A stretch of 64,000 nucleotides of DNA from an uncultured Actinomycetes bacterium. GTDB lineage: Bacteria; SZUA-79; Acidulodesulfobacterales; Acidulodesulfobacteraceae. The stretch lies in NCBI GenBank assembly GCA_964631685.1, contig CAZVZU010000003.1:54406-118405 (forward strand), given 5' to 3'. Position numbers and translations under genes: made by a program. Positions 10,332 through 21,004 of this stretch are shown here, piece by piece (within the stretch, counting starts at the first letter, position 1; the number at the start of each line of letters is the position of its first letter). The notes under the pieces were generated by a model. The model did no database searches, was not told the DNA's origin, and saw nothing but the letters and a program-made list of their open reading frames with translations.

Positions 10332-11691
10332 TTCATTGGATACGCAGGCAAGGAATGTTTTGTCTATCAGACCTAAATTCACCGTTACATGGCTTTTCTT
10401 ACTTTTATTTATACTTATAGCTCCCCCGCGTTCCTTCGGTGCGGTCAATGATTATAATAACCTACATAAGGCGTTTAGTATAAACGGAATTAAGCTACCT
10501 AGTCAAAGGATTACGGTAGAGGGAAATAATATTCCCCTTAAACCGTTAATAATAGGGATAGCTCATAAATTTCATATTAATTATGTATTGAGTAGTCTGG
10601 TGAAAGGTTATGCCACACTGCACATAAGAAATATACCCCTGCCATCTGCCCTAGATATCATTTTTAAGGCAGGAAATTTGGGTTACAGCGTAAGTGACGG
10701 AATTTTATTTATCGGTCCTAGTTCATCCCTCAAAGATAACTATCACCTTTATAAGATTAAGCTGAAATATATACAGGCAAAAGATGTTCTCCCGGATTTG
10801 ACCCCTATTTTACCCACCGGCATGAAGGCTTATGCTTCACCCCACGGAAATTCTATACTGGTTTACGGTTTACCCTCAGGCATAGAAAAAATACAGGAGA
10901 TGGTAAAAAACTTAGATGTCAAAAAAAAGGTTGTCTTGTTAAACGCGAGAATTGTAGATGTAACTGATAATTTTGTGCGTAGAATGGGTATTTTGTGGAA
11001 TATTAACCCTAATCCAATAAATAGTTCGACGACCGTAACAAATATATCTTCGGGCTTTAGCGGGATAACGAATACCGGTGCTGGAGCCAACACTTTAACT
11101 ATTAACCTGGGTAGAACATATTTTAACTTTGGGAATATTTCCGCTCAGCTTTCTCTGGGTCAGCAGCTAGGGTGGGATAAAGTTGTTGCCGCTCCAAGCG
11201 TTTCTGTTGTAAGTGGCCAGACTGCGACAATCAATTCCGGTGTTACATTGTATTACGTGGCATATAATGCGTCAGGGGGAACGGCTCCTACGCAGCCTAC
11301 CGGCACCGGTACAACCGTCATAACACAACAACCGGTGACATCTGCGCTTCAAACGATAACACTCGGACTCACACTGACGGTTACGCCGATAGTTGAAAGC
11401 GAGGATGATATACTTCTAAATATTGTTGTTACAAATTCTCAACCAAATTTTGGACAAGAGGTTAATGGATTTCCGGCTGTTAATAACAAGAGTGTTACTA
11501 CCACTGTTGTGGTTAAGAATAATTCCACATTAGTTATAGGGGGGATTATATATACAGACAAGTCTCATTCCAATAACGGTATCCCGATTTTATCAACCAT
11601 ACCCGTTATTGGATATTTATTCTCTTCTCGTCAAAAGAATGTTTCAAAAGAGCAGCTAATGATATTCATATCTCCTAAAATAGTAAATTAA
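10312..11691 (+). CDS. pilQ: Outer-membrane secretin, PilQ-like
   Basis: N0/N3-like domains, VIGGI and GIPILSTIPVIGYLF secretin signature. Confidence 0.85.
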   Translation: MRDLKNNSLDTQARNVLSIRPKFTVTWLFLLLFILIAPPRSFGAVNDYNNLHKAFSINGIKLPSQRITVEGNNIPLKPLIIGIAHKFHINYVLSSLVKGYATLHIRNIPLPSALDIIFKAGNLGYSVSDGILFIGPSSSLKDNYHLYKIKLKYIQAKDVLPDLTPILPTGMKAYASPHGNSILVYGLPSGIEKIQEMVKNLDVKKKVVLLNARIVDVTDNFVRRMGILWNINPNPINSSTTVTNISSGFSGITNTGAGANTLTINLGRTYFNFGNISAQLSLGQQLGWDKVVAAPSVSVVSGQTATINSGVTLYYVAYNASGGTAPTQPTGTGTTVITQQPVTSALQTITLGLTLTVTPIVESEDDILLNIVVTNSQPNFGQEVNGFPAVNNKSVTTTVVVKNNSTLVIGGIIYTDKSHSNNGIPILSTIPVIGYLFSSRQKNVSKEQLMIFISPKIVN

Positions 11692-12588
11692 ATGAAGAAT
11701 AATACCGTCAAAAAAGAAAAACAAAGAGGAAAAGAAAAGAGTAGTAATAATAATGAAGGCAACATGCCGTTCTTAGACCATTTTACGGAACTCAGAAGGC
11801 GAGTGGTCTATGTTTTTATCGCTCTTATTGTAGGGATGGGGTTTTCTTGGCATCTTTCTTTTAAGGCTATAGATTTTATAGAACTTCCATTGAAACAGCC
11901 TACTTATATCACTTTTTTATCGGGGTATGCGAAAAAAGTAATCAAAAAGGATGTGCCGTCGGTTTATTATGTTTTTGGGCTAAATAAAACCCCAAAAAAA
12001 TTTGTAAAACATATTTTGCATTACTCAAAACCATTGGAACCTTTTTTTATGCAGGTTAAGGTTTCTCTTATACTAGGGTTTATGATTACATTGCCGTTTA
12101 TACTGTTTGAAATATGGCAGTTCATAAAGCCGGGTTTGTTAAAAAGGGAGAGGCTCTATCTCGCACCTTTTTTATTCTTTGGAACACTTTTTTTTATCTC
12201 GGGAATGATATTTATGATTTTATATATCTGGCCTGCCGTTATAAATTTTTCTTTGAGTTACCAGAGCCCTAATTTATCCCCGCTTATCAATTTAACTCAT
12301 TACATAAATTTTGCATTAAGATTAAGCCTAATATTCGGTGTAATATTCGAGCTTCCGTTGGTATCGGCACTTTTTTCCTTAGCGGGTATACTTAAGCCGA
12401 CTTTCTTGAAAAAATATAGAAAATGGGCGTTATTAGTAAGTTTAGTGATTGCAGCATTTCATGCGGACTTGGTTACAATGTTTTTTATAGCGACCCCGTT
12501 GTATTCCATGTACGAGTTAAGTATTTTAATATCTTCCTTGGTATGGCGAATGAAAAAAATGAAACAAAAGAAATCTATTTCCGCATAG
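11692..12588 (+). CDS. tatC: Twin-arginine translocase subunit TatC
   Basis: MPFLDHFTELRRR, WQFIKPGL, FELP motifs. Confidence 0.9.
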   Translation: MKNNTVKKEKQRGKEKSSNNNEGNMPFLDHFTELRRRVVYVFIALIVGMGFSWHLSFKAIDFIELPLKQPTYITFLSGYAKKVIKKDVPSVYYVFGLNKTPKKFVKHILHYSKPLEPFFMQVKVSLILGFMITLPFILFEIWQFIKPGLLKRERLYLAPFLFFGTLFFISGMIFMILYIWPAVINFSLSYQSPNLSPLINLTHYINFALRLSLIFGVIFELPLVSALFSLAGILKPTFLKKYRKWALLVSLVIAAFHADLVTMFFIATPLYSMYELSILISSLVWRMKKMKQKKSISA

Positions 12589-13168
12589 AGAAAATAAACC
12601 CCCCTATATCTGCCTTGATGTCTGGAAACGATTTTTTGCTTGCCTTAATGGATATGTAATTTATTACAAAAATTCTTTTTAATGAGTCTATATTTTTAAT
12701 GAATTTTATTGATGCATTAAAACCGCCTACAATTGAAATTCTGATAGGCAAGGCTGTTATCCCTTGAATTTTTTTTACCTGTTTTCCAAAATTCATTTTT
12801 TCTATAACAAAGTTGGATACCGGTGCGCTTTTGGAAATATTTTTTATTAATGTTGAGACCATAAAGGTTTTTGGGAGCTTTTCTCGCCCTCTTTTTAATT
12901 GTAATTTTAGATTTTTTATTTGATTTTTAAGGGTTAACAACTCATTCCTTTCGCGATCTAAAGAGACATTTGTATTGCTTAATATTCTAATTTTCTCGTT
13001 AAGTTTGGTTATTACATTTGAATTTACATCTAATTCCTTGTTTAAGTTATTTAAGAAAAAATCCTGATTTATAAGGTATAAAAATACAAATATCATTAAA
13101 ATGACGAGGATTATTTTATTTGCCCTTAAATAGTATGAAATTCCTTTTAATTCTTCAAATACGTTCAT
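12575..13168 (-). CDS. pilO: Type IV pilus assembly protein PilO
   Basis: TM, coiled coil, KLP motif and ferredoxin-like C-terminus; third gene of pilMNO. Confidence 0.75.
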   Translation of the reverse strand: MNVFEELKGISYYLRANKIILVILMIFVFLYLINQDFFLNNLNKELDVNSNVITKLNEKIRILSNTNVSLDRERNELLTLKNQIKNLKLQLKRGREKLPKTFMVSTLIKNISKSAPVSNFVIEKMNFGKQVKKIQGITALPIRISIVGGFNASIKFIKNIDSLKRIFVINYISIKASKKSFPDIKADIGGFIFSMRK

Positions 13169-13734
13169 TTTAAAATTGCCTTTAATTTAAATTGGTAAAA
13201 GGTATTCTTATCTATAATTGTCCTATTTACGTAGGTCAAAATAATTTTTTTAAACATACCTGTCTCTTTTAATCTATTCATATAGTCCGATATTCCGTTC
13301 AGTGCAATTGAATTTCCATTAATTACAATAATGCCATTTTGAAGTAACAGCCCGCTCATCCAGACCCCTTCAGGCGATGCATTGATCATTCGGGCTATTT
13401 TTTCATTCCACTTAACTTTTAGTCTTTCAAGTTTTTTTATAACCAAAATTCTTTTTTGAATCATACTCTTGAGTCTTCTTTTATTGCTTATTGCATATTC
13501 TAACGATTTACCAATAATATTTCTGGTTTTCATTATTGCTAATTTCTGGTTAAGCGATAAAATATGAGTCTTTTTTATATTATTTCTAAAGTATAGCGTA
13601 AAATCCAATAAAAGTATAAATAATCCACATGCAATAATCACAGAAAATGCTATGATCTTTTTTTTATTTTTTACATACTGCTCTTTATCGGCAACGGGTA
13701 ATAAATTAATTCTCGTCTTATTCTTAGTTTTCAT
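13165..13734 (-). CDS. pilN: Type IV pilus assembly protein PilN
   Basis: INLLP N-terminal motif, TM helix, PEGVW. Confidence 0.85.
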   Translation of the reverse strand: MKTKNKTRINLLPVADKEQYVKNKKKIIAFSVIIACGLFILLLDFTLYFRNNIKKTHILSLNQKLAIMKTRNIIGKSLEYAISNKRRLKSMIQKRILVIKKLERLKVKWNEKIARMINASPEGVWMSGLLLQNGIIVINGNSIALNGISDYMNRLKETGMFKKIILTYVNRTIIDKNTFYQFKLKAILK

Positions 13735-13795
13735 ATATTATATGTAATTTAAGATAATATTTGTTGGTTTTCGGGCGTTTACGACTACGCAAGGT

Positions 13796-14743
13796 TTATC
13801 TGCCGGATATAAGCCCCATGGTTGTCCACATTTCTTCGAGTGGTTTTAATAAGTTATAATTTTTCTCCATATTGAATTTTATTAATCTTTTGGATAGAGA
13901 AAAATATTTTTTCTCTTCCATCAGCTGATTGATAATAGAAATTGAATATGTTTTTAATCCGGTCATCTCCGTTATTTTGTCTTTAAAACTTTTGTTGTCG
14001 TTGTACATGCCTGTTATTATTATACCGTCTATCGGAGCGATAGATTTTCCTGCAAAATAAAAATCCATCGTTTTTTTTAATTCATCACCTATCAAGTCGG
14101 CTGGATCGTTTTTAGTCAAGTCTTTAAGATTGAGCCCTTCTATTGATCTTTCGAAACTAACCATATTTTCCCTAATAATAACAATTTGGGCCGTTGTTTC
14201 TCCAACATCGCACAACAATAAATGTTCTATTTTATTATTACTCAAAAGTAGAATATTGTTATAAATAGACACTGTCTTACATTCTATCGATTTTAGTTTA
14301 ATATTAGCCCTTGCAAATATCTGCTTAAAATTATTTATATCCTCCGTCTTAGAGACAAATACGGTTATCGCAAGGACTGAACCCTTTTTAAAGGATATAT
14401 AATCAAACACGCAAGAAGATAAGGGAAAGGGTATTAATTTTTTTATTTCATGTTCCACCGCTTTTCTTAGATCATTTTCGGGCATGTCAGGAAGATCAAT
14501 ATTGTAACTATACACAGCGTTGCTATGAATATTTGCGAATACGTTTTTTCTGCTTATTCTATTTTTGACCATGAGTTCGTTAAGCGTGGAAGCTACTGCA
14601 TTAATGTCTGAGGCATCTACGCCCGGCAGCTTAACATTCACAAAATTATTAAGGGAGTAGCCATGTTTTTTCTTTATAACCTCGAGTATTTTAAAATGAC
14701 CGTAGTCAACCTCAATAGCAGTGTATAGTTTGTTAAAAAACAT
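13796..14743 (-). CDS. pilM: Type IV pilus assembly protein PilM (actin-like)
   Basis: IPFP, DVGETT, ITG motifs; upstream of pilN. Confidence 0.8.
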   Translation of the reverse strand: MFFNKLYTAIEVDYGHFKILEVIKKKHGYSLNNFVNVKLPGVDASDINAVASTLNELMVKNRISRKNVFANIHSNAVYSYNIDLPDMPENDLRKAVEHEIKKLIPFPLSSCVFDYISFKKGSVLAITVFVSKTEDINNFKQIFARANIKLKSIECKTVSIYNNILLLSNNKIEHLLLCDVGETTAQIVIIRENMVSFERSIEGLNLKDLTKNDPADLIGDELKKTMDFYFAGKSIAPIDGIIITGMYNDNKSFKDKITEMTGLKTYSISIINQLMEEKKYFSLSKRLIKFNMEKNYNLLKPLEEMWTTMGLISGR

Positions 14744-14755
14744 ATGTGCCCAAAA

Positions 14756-16744
14756 TTAAATAAAGTTTAATATTTTAATATACCCGTTAAAAAACTCGAA
14801 TATAATACCGTCCACGTCAATTTTATCTTTACTTTCAGCATCGAAAATGTTTTTCATAGTCTTGTATTTTTTGAATAGAAATGCTTTTGGTTTCACATTG
14901 CTATCATTGGAGGAACCCTTGATATTAAATGTAAAATAACAGTTAAATAATCCGTTTTTTTTCGAATTTATGTTTTTGTTTTTGTATTCCCTCTTATTAA
15001 TATTCAGAAGTGTAATGTTCCTAATTAAGAATTTAGGTTGTTCATTTAGCGGTCCATACGGAGACATTAATTTTATTAAATTGGATAAATCTTTTTTTGC
15101 TGCAGCATTTAAATCTATCTCTTCATCGTAATCCGGGATTTTACCGTGTTCTCCGTCAGGGTTGTTTAAATGAGAAGCTTCAGAATTAACGTCTAATTTT
15201 ATATTTAAATCAACCAAATCTTTAGATGTTGCGGAGATGAAGTCGTCAAAATTTCGACCCTTCTTTATTGTGAGTCCGCAGGCCATTTTATGCCCCCCGA
15301 ATTTCTCATAAAATGATTCATAATGCTTTAAGAATGTGTAAATATCTATGCTATCGTATGATCTAACGGAACCAATATACACGCCCTCTTTATATCCGGA
15401 AAGTAGCAGGACTGGTTTTTGTAGATAATCGACTAATTTTGATGAAACAATCCCTATGACACCCGGATGCCATAATTCTCCGCTTAAAATCAGTATTGGA
15501 GCGTCACTTTCCGTTAAATTTCTTTCATTAATTTGATTCATTGTATCATTGAAGCAAATATCTTCAAGCATTTGTCTCTTTTTGTTAACGGCATTCAACT
15601 GCTGAGCAAGTTCGTACGCTCTTTCCGGATTATTTTCTGTCAAAAGCTCTACCGCAGCAGCAGGGTTTCCAACCCTGCCGGTTGCATTAATTTTTGGGGC
15701 TATTTTCCACGCAATATCCGATTCGTTAACATTATCGAAGTGTAAACCACAAATCCTTTTAAGTTCCCTTATGCCCGGTCTAGGATTATTGTTAATTTTA
15801 TGTAAACCGTGATATGTAAGTGTCCTATTATCTCCATACATAGGGACGATATCCGCTATAATACCGAGGCAAACAATATCAAGATAATTTTTAAGGTTAG
15901 GATATGTAGTTATTGAACCGTTTGTAACCAATCGTTTTCTTATTGCGATCCCTAAATTAAAAGCGATACCAACACCAGGCAGAAATTTAAAGTTAAATTT
16001 ATCATTTCTGCGTTTTGGGTTCAATATAGCATACGCATTGGGTAAAATCTCATTGTAATCGTTATCGTCGTCTTCCGAAACTGATTTGGCAAGAGGAACT
16101 TCGTGGTGGTCGCATATTATAGTGTCTATATTTTTAGAATTTGCGTATGATACCTCTTCAACATTAGTTATGCCTAAATCAACCGTTATCATCAATGTTA
16201 ATGGTTGATTGCTATTTTGACGCACGGTATCGCAAATTTCGTTAATAGGTCCTATACCCAGCCCATAACCGTCTTTTATCCTATCTGGTAACTTATAAAA
16301 AATAGTGTTTTCCGTTTGGTTTGGTTTTAATAATTTTTTTATTTCGCGTAAAAATGAAACTAGGAAGGATGTGGATGTTATTCCATCCACATCGTAATCT
16401 CCGTAAATACAAATATTTTCATCGTCCGTTAACGCTTTTGTGATTCGTTCTACCGCTCTGTCCATATCGTTCATGAGGAACGGGTCACCTAAAGATTTTA
16501 AGGACGGGCTTAGATAGTTGGAGACGAAGTTGTTTAAATAATCGGTCGCGGGGACGCAGTCATGGTCATGGTCTGAATACTCTTTGTGAAATTCTTGTGA
16601 AAAAAAAGGATCAAAACTTAACTGAGAGTTAATCCTTTTTAAAATTAAAGGCAATAGGGTAGTACACGAAGCGCTCGAATAAGTCTGATTCAATGTTTTC
16701 TTTAAACATACCTTTATGTATTCCTCGACATATTTTTTTTGCAT
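14756..16744 (-). CDS. recJ: ssDNA-specific exonuclease RecJ, with insertions
   Basis: YGDYDVDG, DHH, IADIVP, GGH motifs; follows secF. Confidence 0.9.
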   Translation of the reverse strand: MQKKYVEEYIKVCLKKTLNQTYSSASCTTLLPLILKRINSQLSFDPFFSQEFHKEYSDHDHDCVPATDYLNNFVSNYLSPSLKSLGDPFLMNDMDRAVERITKALTDDENICIYGDYDVDGITSTSFLVSFLREIKKLLKPNQTENTIFYKLPDRIKDGYGLGIGPINEICDTVRQNSNQPLTLMITVDLGITNVEEVSYANSKNIDTIICDHHEVPLAKSVSEDDDNDYNEILPNAYAILNPKRRNDKFNFKFLPGVGIAFNLGIAIRKRLVTNGSITTYPNLKNYLDIVCLGIIADIVPMYGDNRTLTYHGLHKINNNPRPGIRELKRICGLHFDNVNESDIAWKIAPKINATGRVGNPAAAVELLTENNPERAYELAQQLNAVNKKRQMLEDICFNDTMNQINERNLTESDAPILILSGELWHPGVIGIVSSKLVDYLQKPVLLLSGYKEGVYIGSVRSYDSIDIYTFLKHYESFYEKFGGHKMACGLTIKKGRNFDDFISATSKDLVDLNIKLDVNSEASHLNNPDGEHGKIPDYDEEIDLNAAAKKDLSNLIKLMSPYGPLNEQPKFLIRNITLLNINKREYKNKNINSKKNGLFNCYFTFNIKGSSNDSNVKPKAFLFKKYKTMKNIFDAESKDKIDVDGIIFEFFNGYIKILNFI

Positions 16745-16766
16745 TAATCATCGACGCCTTAGAAAA

Positions 16767-17696
16767 TTAATCTTTTTGATTATTTGAAACGTAATGTTTT
16801 TCATTTAACATTATCATTACCGGACTTGCGATGAATATAGACGAATATGTACCTATTATAATCCCGTACAACAATGTAAATGCAAAGTTATGGAGAACTA
16901 TGCCCCCGAGGAAAAACAAAGACAGCACGACTAAAATGACTGTAAGTGACGTAACTACTGTTCTCGTCAACACTTCATTTATACTTTCATTTACTAAATT
17001 TTTTAAATTAATTTGATGAGACTTTTCGGTTGCTTTATTTAGGTTTTCCCTGATCCTATCAAAAACTACCACTTTATCGGTAAGGGAGTAACCTGCAACG
17101 GTTAAAATCCCTGTGATAACAAGGAGGGATATCTCCTTCTGGAAGATAAACAATATGCCTGCAAGCGCAAGCACGTCGTGCGCAAGACCGATAGCGGCAG
17201 CAAGGCCGAACCTAAACTCGAAACGCCATGTTATGTAAAGTATAATTGCAATGATGGATATTATGATTGCCACAACGGCGTCAAAGGCTAATTTCTTACC
17301 AACGGAAGGACCAATCATTTCATTGTTCAGCACTTCGAATGAATTATTCGGAAAATTTTCTTTTATGGTAGTTTTAATCTTTTCTGTATATTTATTTAAA
17401 TCTCCGGCTATGGCTTTGGTCTGAATAATGATATTATTTTTACCCTTTACCTTGACTATTTTTACGTCCTTAAACCCATTCGTTAGCAGTTTAGTTCTAA
17501 CGGCGGATACAGATATATTGTGTTTAAACGCAAGCTGTAAAGATAACCCCCCGGTAAAATCTATCCCTATTCTCGCTACGCCCAAGACCATCATGATTAT
17601 CTCAATTAATCCGAGCGCGACAAGGACAGACGAAAATATAAACGAATATTTTTTTTTGCCGATAAAATCAAAATGAGTGTCTTTTATAAATTCCAA
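16767..17696 (-). CDS. secF: Protein translocase subunit SecF
   Basis: GIDFTGG, VVVFDRIRE, GTYSSIF. Confidence 0.95.
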   Translation of the reverse strand: MEFIKDTHFDFIGKKKYSFIFSSVLVALGLIEIIMMVLGVARIGIDFTGGLSLQLAFKHNISVSAVRTKLLTNGFKDVKIVKVKGKNNIIIQTKAIAGDLNKYTEKIKTTIKENFPNNSFEVLNNEMIGPSVGKKLAFDAVVAIIISIIAIILYITWRFEFRFGLAAAIGLAHDVLALAGILFIFQKEISLLVITGILTVAGYSLTDKVVVFDRIRENLNKATEKSHQINLKNLVNESINEVLTRTVVTSLTVILVVLSLFFLGGIVLHNFAFTLLYGIIIGTYSSIFIASPVMIMLNEKHYVSNNQKD

Positions 17697-17717
17697 TTTT
17701 TCTGACCTCTCTAAGTG

Positions 17718-19283
17718 TTAAATGCTTATTTTTTTGAATTTCTTTCTATTCGATATTATGTCAAATAGAACCTTTGTGCCTACTAATGAGGTAAATAGGT
17801 TGATAATGATACCGAGCGACAATGTCACGGCAAAGCCTTTTACCGGTCCGGAGCCAAAGTAAAACAAGACGGTGGCGGTAATTAGAGCAGTAACATGAGA
17901 GTCTAAAATTGTAAAAAACGCTTTGTTATACCCCTCTTCAATAGCTATAACAGCCGGCTTATTTTCTCTTAATTCTTCCCTTATCCTTTCGAATATAAGA
18001 ACATTGGCATCAACCGACATACCGATAGTAAGGATTATACCAGCAATACCAGGAAGAGTTAGGGTTGCGCCGAACAAGGAGAGAACGGCAATAAGAAATA
18101 ATACATTTTCGATAAGAGCAAAATTAGCGATTAATCCCGATAGCTTGTAGTAAAATATCATAAATCCCATAACCAAAATGGTTCCTACAATGGTGGCAAG
18201 TATACCGTCGTGAATGGAGTCCGCCCCGAGGGTCGGCCCAACTGTTTCGTTTTGTATTATCTTTACCTGTGCGGGTAGAGCTCCAGAGCGGAGCGCTATC
18301 GCAAGATTACTTGCCTCAGGCATTGTAAACCTTCCAGAGATGGACGCATTTCCGCCCAATATAGGCTCTTCTATAACAGGAGCAGAGATTACGTTATTGT
18401 CGAGTATGATAGCAAGCCTTTTACCAGTATATTTGGTAGTGATATTGCCGAATTTTCTAGTACCTTGAGAATTTAATGTAACCCCGACAATAGGTTGATT
18501 ATAGCGGTTTATCTGTACACTTGCGCTTGAAATTTCAGCCCCACTCATTAAAGTTGCTTTCTTAATAAGGTACGGTCTCCTTATTGTTTTGCGGGAGAAT
18601 TTGTCGTAGGACACATGGTAAAGAATCTCATCCTCTTTTGGTATATCACCTCTCAATGCCTTTGATAAACTGTGTTTGTCATCGACAAGATTAAACGTCA
18701 GCCTAGCCGTTTTTCCTATAAGTTTAATAGCCTGCTTGACGTTCTTGACCCCGGGCATTTCTATGACTATTAGATCTTTCCCTTGCCTAGCAATTTTTGG
18801 AGCCACCAAACCGAACTGATCAATCCTGTTTCTCATAATTTCCACAGCTCCGCTTACCGCTTCCTCTTTGTATTTTGCAAGAGCAGATGTTTTGAACTTG
18901 ATTGCATCTGACGATAGCTGCAAAGAGCTATAGTGTTTAGAAAGATAGTTCGTTAATCCTTGTGTATTTTTTAAAAGTTTTCCATTAATTTTTATATGAG
19001 AATCTGCAAAGCTTATATTGTTTTTACTGAACCCGTTATTTTTAACAAATGACCGTATATCGGTATAGTCTTTGTAAAGCTTTTCTTTTACGGCTTTATT
19101 GACTTCAACCTTTTCAATAAGGTAAACACCACCTTGAAGATCAAGCCCTAAACGCATTTCGGCATTTCCTATAACGGACTTCCACCACCCGGGCGTGTTA
19201 GGATAAATCGACGGAATTACCGAAAAAATAGAAATAACTATGAAAGAAATTATTAAAATTAATCTAGTTTTAACAGGCTTCAT
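17718..19283 (-). CDS. secD: Protein translocase subunit SecD
   Basis: LGLDLQGG, DANVLIFERIREE. Confidence 0.96.
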   Translation of the reverse strand: MKPVKTRLILIISFIVISIFSVIPSIYPNTPGWWKSVIGNAEMRLGLDLQGGVYLIEKVEVNKAVKEKLYKDYTDIRSFVKNNGFSKNNISFADSHIKINGKLLKNTQGLTNYLSKHYSSLQLSSDAIKFKTSALAKYKEEAVSGAVEIMRNRIDQFGLVAPKIARQGKDLIVIEMPGVKNVKQAIKLIGKTARLTFNLVDDKHSLSKALRGDIPKEDEILYHVSYDKFSRKTIRRPYLIKKATLMSGAEISSASVQINRYNQPIVGVTLNSQGTRKFGNITTKYTGKRLAIILDNNVISAPVIEEPILGGNASISGRFTMPEASNLAIALRSGALPAQVKIIQNETVGPTLGADSIHDGILATIVGTILVMGFMIFYYKLSGLIANFALIENVLFLIAVLSLFGATLTLPGIAGIILTIGMSVDANVLIFERIREELRENKPAVIAIEEGYNKAFFTILDSHVTALITATVLFYFGSGPVKGFAVTLSLGIIINLFTSLVGTKVLFDIISNRKKFKKISI

Positions 19284-19354
19284 TATATTTCCTTATTGAA
19301 TTTGTATGAAATTTTAATATATTTACCATTTATATTGCCGGCAAGGTCTATTTA

Positions 19355-19696
19355 CTAAGATTTAGAGGTTTTTGTCGCCACGGCATTTTTTGCTATCTTA
19401 ATCCTTATATCCTTTGCTATTTCTAATGTAAAAACATTTTCGGCTACTCCGGATATAACCCCGTAAATACCGCCGTTAGTCAGAACTTCATCGCCAGTTC
19501 TTAAGGATTCCATCATTTGCTTGTGTTTTTTAGTCCTTTTTTGCTGTGGTACTATTACTAAAAGGTAAAATATGACAACGATAGCGATTAGTGGAGCAAA
19601 ACTTATTAATGTTCCTTGAAAACTACTTTGCCCTGAAGATGCTGCATAGGCATTTTTGACAGTAAATAGATTGAACAGATTGGATAAAATTTCCAT
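19355..19696 (-). CDS. yajC: Preprotein translocase subunit YajC
   Basis: PQQKR, GDEVLTNGGIYG; tgt-yajC-secD synteny. Confidence 0.93.
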   Translation of the reverse strand: MEILSNLFNLFTVKNAYAASSGQSSFQGTLISFAPLIAIVVIFYLLVIVPQQKRTKKHKQMMESLRTGDEVLTNGGIYGVISGVAENVFTLEIAKDIRIKIAKNAVATKTSKS

Positions 19697-19844
19697 AGTA
19701 ATTTAAAAGGCTTAACGTATTTATGTTTTAAATTAAGCCTTGTTACCTCCTTAATTATTGGTTTTATTAGGTTAATATTTTTTAAATATAGCAAGTTCGT
19801 CAATAATATTAGTTTATTAATATTATATTTAAATTGAAATAAAG

Positions 19845-20960
19845 TCAAAACAAAGATAACGGTTTTTTTAAATTTATTTCGTTCACCATATCAAAAAAAT
19901 TTCCGTTCCGTATCTTTTGCCTGATTGTTAAAATTAAATTTTGATAAAAATGGATATTGTGCAAGGTTAAAAGCCTCTGTGCAAATATTTCTTTTGTCAT
20001 AAAGGCATGTCTTATGTAAGCAGCACTGAAATTTTTGCAGCAAAAACAGTCGCAATGTAAATCGATAGGTTTTGCCACGGTTTTATATTTGGAGTTTTTA
20101 ATATTCAAGGTACCGGTAGATGTGAAGACAAAACCGTTTCTTGCGTTTCTTGTGGGCAGTACGCAGTCAAACATATCGACGCCTAAAGCAACTGCGTTAA
20201 CAATATCCTCCGGTGTCCCGACGCCCATTAGATATCTTGGCTTATCCTCGGGAAGATTCAATACGGATGCGGACAGCATTTTAAACATGATTTCTTTTGT
20301 TTCTCCGACGGCTAATCCGCCGATTGCGTAACCATCGGCGCCTAATTGCGACATAATTGTAGCCGACTTTTCTCTTAAATCTGTAAAAAAATTACCCTGA
20401 GATATGAGAAAGAGCAGATTGCCGTTATCCTTCTTTGCGTCCATTGATCTTTCCGCCCATTTTATTGTCGTGGCAAGGTCTCTTTCCGCTATTGTTCTAG
20501 TTGCATCCGGTCCGGAAAAGACGTCGAGTTGCATCATTATGTCAGAATCTAATGCTTCCTGGATTTCAACGACGCGTTCGGGGGTAAAAAAATGTGTTTC
20601 TCCATCTATATGTGACATAAAAGAAACCCCGTCATTTTGAATTTTGGCAAACTTGGCAAGACTAAAGATTTGAAACCCGCCGGAGTCGGTCAGTATCATT
20701 CCTTTATAGCCGGTAAAATTTCTTAATGAGCCGAATTTTTTTATTATATCTATACCCGGCCTTAAAAAAAGGTGGTAGGCGTTTCCAAGCATAATCTTAA
20801 AACCCTCGTCGTATATCTCGAAAGGCGAAAGAGACTTTATGGTGCCTATTGTTCCAACGGGCATAAACACAGGTGTTTCTATTATGCCGTTCTTAGTGGC
20901 AAGAGTGGCTGTTCTAGCGTTTGTAAGGCTGTCCTTTTTCAAAATTTTAAACATCGTCAA
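19845..20960 (-). CDS. tgt: tRNA-guanine transglycosylase
   Basis: TPVFMPVGT, TDSGGFQ, DCVLPTR, CxCxxC zinc site. Confidence 0.96.
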   Translation of the reverse strand: MTMFKILKKDSLTNARTATLATKNGIIETPVFMPVGTIGTIKSLSPFEIYDEGFKIMLGNAYHLFLRPGIDIIKKFGSLRNFTGYKGMILTDSGGFQIFSLAKFAKIQNDGVSFMSHIDGETHFFTPERVVEIQEALDSDIMMQLDVFSGPDATRTIAERDLATTIKWAERSMDAKKDNGNLLFLISQGNFFTDLREKSATIMSQLGADGYAIGGLAVGETKEIMFKMLSASVLNLPEDKPRYLMGVGTPEDIVNAVALGVDMFDCVLPTRNARNGFVFTSTGTLNIKNSKYKTVAKPIDLHCDCFCCKNFSAAYIRHAFMTKEIFAQRLLTLHNIHFYQNLILTIRQKIRNGNFFDMVNEINLKKPLSLF

Positions 20961-21004
20961 AGATTATATAATAAAAAAATTAAATTTTAAAGTTGTATGA
21001 ATTT

